A stretch of DNA of 64,000 nt, taken from an uncultured Anaerovibrio sp. (GTDB lineage: Bacteria; Bacillota; Negativicutes; Selenomonadales; Selenomonadaceae). Under the pieces are notes generated by a model. That model was not told the origin of the DNA and did no database searches. It saw only the letters and a list, made by a program, of their open reading frames with translations. Shown here one piece after another: positions 59,529 to 64,000 of the stretch. The stretch lies in contig CAKPYV010000005.1 of the NCBI GenBank assembly GCA_934203205.1, positions 2,018 through 66,017 of the forward strand, given 5' to 3'. Position 1 is the first letter of the stretch. The number at the start of each line of letters is the position of its first letter. The translations under genes and the position numbers were made by a program.

Positions 59529-60437
59529 ATGATTCGCCAAATGACCACCATGCGGATTGCCGCCGACAAAGAAAAAGAACAACGCCATGAAATTCCCCTT
59601 TTTCCCTGCAGCGCTTATATTAGCGATTGGCAAAAGGGCGGCATTGATGGCTGCCATTGGCATTGGCACAAGGATGTAGAGCTGATATGCGTAGTCTCCG
59701 GTCAGGTCAAGGCCTACTGCAACGGCCAAAGCTACCTATTAGAAGCAGGAGACGGTTTTTTTGTCAATACCAAGGCCCTTCATAGATATCAGGCTCAAGG
59801 AAATGAACTGTGTCATGTATGCTATATTATTTTCAATCCAGAGCTAATCAGTGGCGGTATCGGCACCATCTACCATCAAAAATACATTGCTCCCTTAATC
59901 AACGACCAGACCCTTCCCTGCCAATTTCTCGATGAAAAGCGACAGGTAGACAAACAAATCCTGCAGAAAATAAAACTTGCCTTTCAGGCCGCTGAAACTG
60001 CCCAGCCAGGCTATGAATACGATATCCGCTATAATATTGGCAAAGCTCTGTTGCAGCTCCTATTGGAATATAAGCCCTTGGCCTACAAGACTGCCAAGAA
60101 GCCTCTCCGCATGGAAAGAATGCAGACTATGCTGGATTTTCTTCACTGGCATTTCAACGAGGAAATCAACCTGCAGCAGATTGCAGATAGTGCCGGTGTT
60201 AGCGGTCGAGAGGCTCAGCGTTGCTTTAAGACTATCCTTGATATGTCCCCTATGGAATACCTCCATAGCTACCGACTGCAGGTAGCAGAAGAATTGCTTA
60301 TCAACTCTACCGATTCCATTCTGGAGGTGGGCATGAATTGTGGTTTTATGAACCCCAGCCATTTTATAAAATCCTTTAAAAACTATTGTGGCTGTACCCC
60401 TAGAGTATTTCGTCAACGCAATACGGAGCAGTCCTGA
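59529..60437 (+). CDS. AraC-family transcriptional regulator (cupin sensor + HTH)
   Basis: N-terminal cupin-like region and C-terminal double HTH (INLQQIADSAGVSGREAQRCFK ... GFMNPSHFIKSFK). Confidence 0.85.
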   Translation: MIRQMTTMRIAADKEKEQRHEIPLFPCSAYISDWQKGGIDGCHWHWHKDVELICVVSGQVKAYCNGQSYLLEAGDGFFVNTKALHRYQAQGNELCHVCYIIFNPELISGGIGTIYHQKYIAPLINDQTLPCQFLDEKRQVDKQILQKIKLAFQAAETAQPGYEYDIRYNIGKALLQLLLEYKPLAYKTAKKPLRMERMQTMLDFLHWHFNEEINLQQIADSAGVSGREAQRCFKTILDMSPMEYLHSYRLQVAEELLINSTDSILEVGMNCGFMNPSHFIKSFKNYCGCTPRVFRQRNTEQS

Positions 60438-60461
60438 TATCCTCTTTTATTACAATATGGT

Positions 60462-60522
60462 AAAAAAATAATGGGCACAGAAGGTCAGGTACTATTTCAA
60501 TCTGCCAACTGTGCCCCTTTTT
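60462..60522. terminator. Bidirectional terminator between the araC-like gene and the AGCS gene
   Basis: GGGCACAG (60473-60480) / CTGTGCCC (60509-60516) stem with T runs on both strands. Confidence 0.6.
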
Positions 60523-60536
60523 GAGCCTAATAATAA

Positions 60537-61964
60537 TTAAATTGTAGGACTAAGATGGCTGAGATTTACCTCCTCCCCCTTCTTTTCCTTTTCTACTACC
60601 AGCTCCTGATACTCAAAGCACTCATGAGCAATATCCTTGTTCAGTACCAACAGGCACAGAAGATTTGGAATTGCCATCAGACCATTCATAGTATCAGAGA
60701 AATTCCATACAAAGTCCAAAGTCTGAGTTGCACCTACAAAGGCAATCAGGCTGAACAGAACACGATAGCCCATCAACACGGAACGCTTGCTAACTAGATA
60801 TTCCAAAGCCTTTTCGCCGTAATATTCCCAACCAAGAATAGTGGAAAAGGCAAAGAGAGCCAAAGCAATGGATACGATATACTTGGCAGCCTCACCAAAA
60901 ACAGTGGAAAAAGCCAAAATCGTCAAATTAGCCCCGGAAACTGCCTTGCCAGTAGCAGGATCAATAGTACCCAGCATCCCAGAAGAAGCAATTACCAAAC
61001 CAGTCAAAGCACAGATAATCATAGTATCAAAGAAGGTACCAGTCATATTTACATAGCCCTGACGGGAAGCATGGTCAGTCTTGGCAGCAGCTGCTGCAAT
61101 AGGAGCAGAGCCAAGGCCTGCCTCATTGGAGAATACACCACGAGCTACGCCCCAACGCATAGCACTCAGCATGGAAGCAATAATGGAACCACCAACACCA
61201 CCGGCTACTGCCTCTGGTGCAAAGGCCATGCGGAAAATTTCAGCAATACCAGCTGGCAGAGCAGCCGCATTGGCAACAATAACAATCATGGAAACTACGA
61301 AATAGAAAGCAGCCATAGCTGGTACGACTACGCTGGATACAGCACCAATACTGCGAATACCTCTAACCAGTACAGCCAAGCAGCACAGAGTAAGAATCAC
61401 GCCGATAACAGTGGTATCCACTCCCAAAGCTGCATTAAAGGAAGAGGAAATGGAATTGGCCTGAGTCATATTGCCAATACCGAAGGAAGCACATACGGCA
61501 AAGAAAGCAAACAGTGCAGCCAAGCCTCGGCCAATAACCTTGTTGCCAAAGCCATACTTCATGGCATACATTGGGCCGCCAGCCATCTCACCAACACTAT
61601 TGGTCTTGCGATACTTAACAGCCAGTACAGACTCGCCATACTTGGTAGAAAGACCAAAGGCGGCGGAAATCCACATCCATACCAGAGCACCAGGACCACC
61701 TAATACCATAGCGGTGGAAACACCTACGATATTACCAGTACCAACAGTAGCGGATAAAGCAGTCATCAGAGACTGGAAAGGACTGATATCACCCTGAGTA
61801 TCTGACTTCTTGCTAAGAATCATCTTGATTGCATAAGGTAGATTCCTCCAAGGCAGGAACTTTAACCGAATGGTAAGAAAAATTCCTGTGCCTACCAAAA
61901 AGGCAAGCATAATCGGTCCCCAGACAAAATCATTTACTTCTGCCATTAGCTTTGCGAAATCCAT
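60537..61964 (-). CDS. Alanine/glycine:cation symporter (AGCS family)
   Basis: 475-aa polytopic protein with AGCS signatures (SPFQSLMTALSATVGTGNIVGV, FSNEAGLGSAPIAAAAAKT). Confidence 0.9.
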   Translation of the reverse strand: MDFAKLMAEVNDFVWGPIMLAFLVGTGIFLTIRLKFLPWRNLPYAIKMILSKKSDTQGDISPFQSLMTALSATVGTGNIVGVSTAMVLGGPGALVWMWISAAFGLSTKYGESVLAVKYRKTNSVGEMAGGPMYAMKYGFGNKVIGRGLAALFAFFAVCASFGIGNMTQANSISSSFNAALGVDTTVIGVILTLCCLAVLVRGIRSIGAVSSVVVPAMAAFYFVVSMIVIVANAAALPAGIAEIFRMAFAPEAVAGGVGGSIIASMLSAMRWGVARGVFSNEAGLGSAPIAAAAAKTDHASRQGYVNMTGTFFDTMIICALTGLVIASSGMLGTIDPATGKAVSGANLTILAFSTVFGEAAKYIVSIALALFAFSTILGWEYYGEKALEYLVSKRSVLMGYRVLFSLIAFVGATQTLDFVWNFSDTMNGLMAIPNLLCLLVLNKDIAHECFEYQELVVEKEKKGEEVNLSHLSPTI

Positions 61965-62050
61965 AAAGCATACCTCCTACATTTCCTAACATTTTATACA
62001 TTCCGTAGGAATAAATTGAAGAATATTATTTCAAAAACTTAATTCTGGCT

Positions 62051-62082
62051 AAAAAAAACCTCCGCCGCCTCATGCGACGGAG
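62051..62082 (-). terminator. Intrinsic terminator inside the leader of the AGCS gene
   Basis: On the minus strand, CTCCGTCGC / GCGGCGGAG 9-bp stem with a 5-nt loop, followed by GTTTTTTTT. It ends about 87 nt upstream of the ATG. Confidence 0.7.
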
Positions 62083-62136
62083 ACCACTATGTCCCAGAGT
62101 ATTTAGTTTCGGAATGTATTTTCTTTTGATGTATAT

Positions 62137-62166
62137 TTTATATCATAAAAAGCTTATGGCTGTCAA
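62137..62166 (-). promoter_or_regulatory. Candidate promoter of the AGCS gene
   Basis: On the minus strand, TTGACA (62166-62161), 18-nt spacer, TATAAA (62142-62137). Confidence 0.5.
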
Positions 62167-62294
62167 CAAAAAAGCTTATGAATACAAAAAACATTTCGTT
62201 TAGATATTGTATACAATATTTTATTTAACTTCCTCGCCACCCTTTCCTTCTTTTCCCAAGGCAACCATTAATAATAAAAGCTATATCCCCGCAT

Positions 62295-62325
62295 AAAAAA
62301 ACAACCCCCGAATAAAATCAGAGGT
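62295..62325 (-). terminator. Terminator of sstT
   Basis: On the minus strand, ACCTCTG / CGGGGGT stem (with G-U pairs) followed by TGTTTTTTT. Confidence 0.55.
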
Positions 62326-62364
62326 CGTAATTTTTAAGCAAATCCGTGCTATGCGCTAATAACT

Positions 62365-63591
62365 TTAGAAGCTAAAATCCTTTCCCTGCTTACGACGATC
62401 ATAGAATTCAGCAATAGCCGTAAAGAGAGCATCACTGGAGGAATTCAGACCAGTTTCACAGGAATCCTGTACCACGCCGATAATAAAGCCTACACCAACA
62501 GCCTGCATGGCAATATCATTGCTAATGCCAAAAAGAGAACAAGCCATAGGAATCAACAGCAGGGATCCGCCAGCCACACCAGAGGCACCACAAGCACCTA
62601 CGGCAGACAGTACAGACAGGAGAATTGCAGTAGGAATATCTACCGCAATGCCCAAAGTATAAGCTACAGACATGGCCATAACCGTAATGGTAATAGCAGC
62701 ACCCTCCATGTTAATGGTGGCTCCCAAAGGAATGGACACGGAATAGAAATCCTCATCCAAGCCCATATCCTTACACAACTCCATATTAACTGGAATATTG
62801 GCTGCGGAGCTTCTAGTAAAGAAGGCAGTAACACCACTGATTTTCAGACACTTCCACACCAATGGATATGGATTGCGATGCAGGAAGAAGAAGGTAATCA
62901 GTGGATTTACAATCAAGGCCATAGCAAACATACAGCCAACCAGAACTACCAAAAGACGACCATAATCTACGAAAATCTCCAGACCGTTCTCAGATACAGC
63001 AGAGAAAACCAAGCCCATAATACCAAAAGGTGCCAACTGAATAATCCAAAAAACAGCCTTGGATACAACAGCAGCCAAATCTGCTACCATATCACAGGTT
63101 CCTTTGGAAGCCAGCTTCTTGAAGCCAAGACCAAAGATAATGGCCCAGCAGAGAATACTGAGATAATTACCGTTCATCAAAGCATTTACAGGGTTGGCCA
63201 CCACGTTAGTAATAATGGTGGTAAGAATCTGCCCAATACCATCTGGAGCTGCATCTGTAGCCGCATCGGTCAGCTTCATAGTAACAGGGAACAGCTGACA
63301 GGCCAGAACCGCAGTCACAGAAGCAAAAAAGGTGCCAAAAATATAAATCATAATTACATTTTTGAAGCGGCCGCCAATATTACCGGAAGCATTGGCCAAG
63401 GCACTAATAACCAAAACAAATACCAATATAGGGGCAATACCTTTCAGTAAGCCTACAAACACCTTACCAAAGATAGGCAAAACCGTATTGCCTGGCACGG
63501 AAAGAGCAAAGGCAATACCTATAATCATACCGATAATAATTCGGATAATCAGGCTGATGCCCTGCCATTTGGCTAAAGCATTACTCATCAT
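62365..63591 (-). CDS. sstT: Serine/threonine:sodium symporter (DAACS family)
   Basis: 408-aa polytopic protein with the SstT-like N-terminus and FFTRSSAANIPVN motif. Confidence 0.88.
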   Translation of the reverse strand: MMSNALAKWQGISLIIRIIIGMIIGIAFALSVPGNTVLPIFGKVFVGLLKGIAPILVFVLVISALANASGNIGGRFKNVIMIYIFGTFFASVTAVLACQLFPVTMKLTDAATDAAPDGIGQILTTIITNVVANPVNALMNGNYLSILCWAIIFGLGFKKLASKGTCDMVADLAAVVSKAVFWIIQLAPFGIMGLVFSAVSENGLEIFVDYGRLLVVLVGCMFAMALIVNPLITFFFLHRNPYPLVWKCLKISGVTAFFTRSSAANIPVNMELCKDMGLDEDFYSVSIPLGATINMEGAAITITVMAMSVAYTLGIAVDIPTAILLSVLSAVGACGASGVAGGSLLLIPMACSLFGISNDIAMQAVGVGFIIGVVQDSCETGLNSSSDALFTAIAEFYDRRKQGKDFSF

Positions 63592-63768
63592 AACAAATAA
63601 CTCCTTTAATAGAAAATTTAATTAACAATGCACAATTATACCCTGTCCATGAACATAATTCAAGACTTTTCTACCATCAGTAGACAAAGAGTAATATTTC
63701 CTTGTACAGTGTACAATTCTCATTTTTGTCCATAAAGCTGTGGTATTATCATAATCCCCAATTATTTT

Positions 63769-63829
63769 GCAAAAAGAAAAACATGATGACAGTATTAGAC
63801 ATCTAAGCCTTTCTAATACTGTCATCATG
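63769..63829 (-). terminator. Terminator of leuS
   Basis: 18-bp perfect stem CATGATGACAGTATTAGA (63782-63799) / TCTAATACTGTCATCATG (63812-63829) followed by TTTTTCTTTTT on the minus strand. Confidence 0.85.
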
Positions 63830-63856
63830 TTAATTAGACTTAACTATACGATTTGA

Positions 63857-64000
63857 TTATTTTACAACCACATTAACCAGCTTGTCTGGTACGCAAATCA
63901 TCTTCACAATGGTCTTGCCCTCAGTCAGCTCCTGCACTCTGGCATTAGCCTTGGCCGCAGTTTCCATTTCTTCACGGCTGATACCGGTGGCAATCATAAT
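63857..64000 (-). CDS. leuS: 3' end of leucine--tRNA ligase (partial)
   Basis: My translation of the minus strand gives ...RVQELTEGKTIVKMICVPDKLVNVVVK*. This matches the conserved LeuRS C-terminal pattern GK.i.K.I.VP.KLVN.V. It is not in the ORF track because it is truncated. Confidence 0.7.
   Translation of the reverse strand: MMIATGISREEMETAAKANARVQELTEGKTIVKMICVPDKLVNVVVK

Noticed and set aside
61965-62136. Glycine riboswitch upstream of the AGCS transporter
   Set aside because: This is an expected association, but the leader is too short for tandem aptamers and I could not find the conserved GGAGAG...CACCGAAGGGGCAA-type core. It is reported instead as an unclassified attenuator.
63622-63828. 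68-aa minus-strand ORF
   Set aside because: It begins inside the 18-bp leuS terminator stem and covers the sstT promoter region. It has no RBS.
1-64000. Search for CRISPR arrays, IS elements/transposases, integrases, prophage genes, rRNA/tRNA genes and toxin-antitoxin or defence modules
   Set aside because: I saw none. There are no spaced direct-repeat arrays and no terminal inverted repeats flanking ORFs. There are no recombinase-like proteins in the ORF track, and no abrupt compositional break visible by eye.

Overview
Nearly gene-saturated chromosomal core DNA. By gene content it looks like an anaerobic Firmicute, possibly a lactate-using, succinate/propionate-forming member of the Negativicutes; that taxonomic call is inference only. 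From 1 to 54.5 kb almost every gene is on the minus strand. In order these are: an HlyD adaptor, a Pit/DUF47 phosphate uptake pair, an aminotransferase, lysC, ruvC, yebC, tyrS, a class A PBP, mutS2, a double-domain U32 protein, a lone cbiL, rfbABCD, a complete argCJBD-argFGH cluster, sdaAB/AA, dapA, an M16C protease, a split class I fumarase with sdhCAB/frd, yfcE-rdgB-rph, and a five-gene lactate oxidation operon (lutC, fused lutB-lutA, etfB, etfA, GlcD-type LDH). After 55 kb come a divergent GntR/LldR-like regulator, a lactate permease, an ArsB/NhaD permease, an AraC regulator, two amino-acid:cation symporters (AGCS, SstT) and the 3' end of leuS. I saw no rRNA, tRNA, CRISPR array, IS/transposase, integrase or recognisable defence or toxin modules, so I cannot point to a clear novel system. 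The best leads are the composite Lut + Etf/LDH lactate locus, a hairpin-rich 313-nt spacer inside the arg cluster, a terminator-containing leader ahead of the AGCS transporter, recurring TTGTA..TACAA palindromes in three promoter regions, and several small or secreted proteins of unknown function. The ORF track shows alternative start codons (TTG/GTG) as M. Several starts were re-set to the first codon with a good Shine-Dalgarno sequence. End coordinates include the stop codon.
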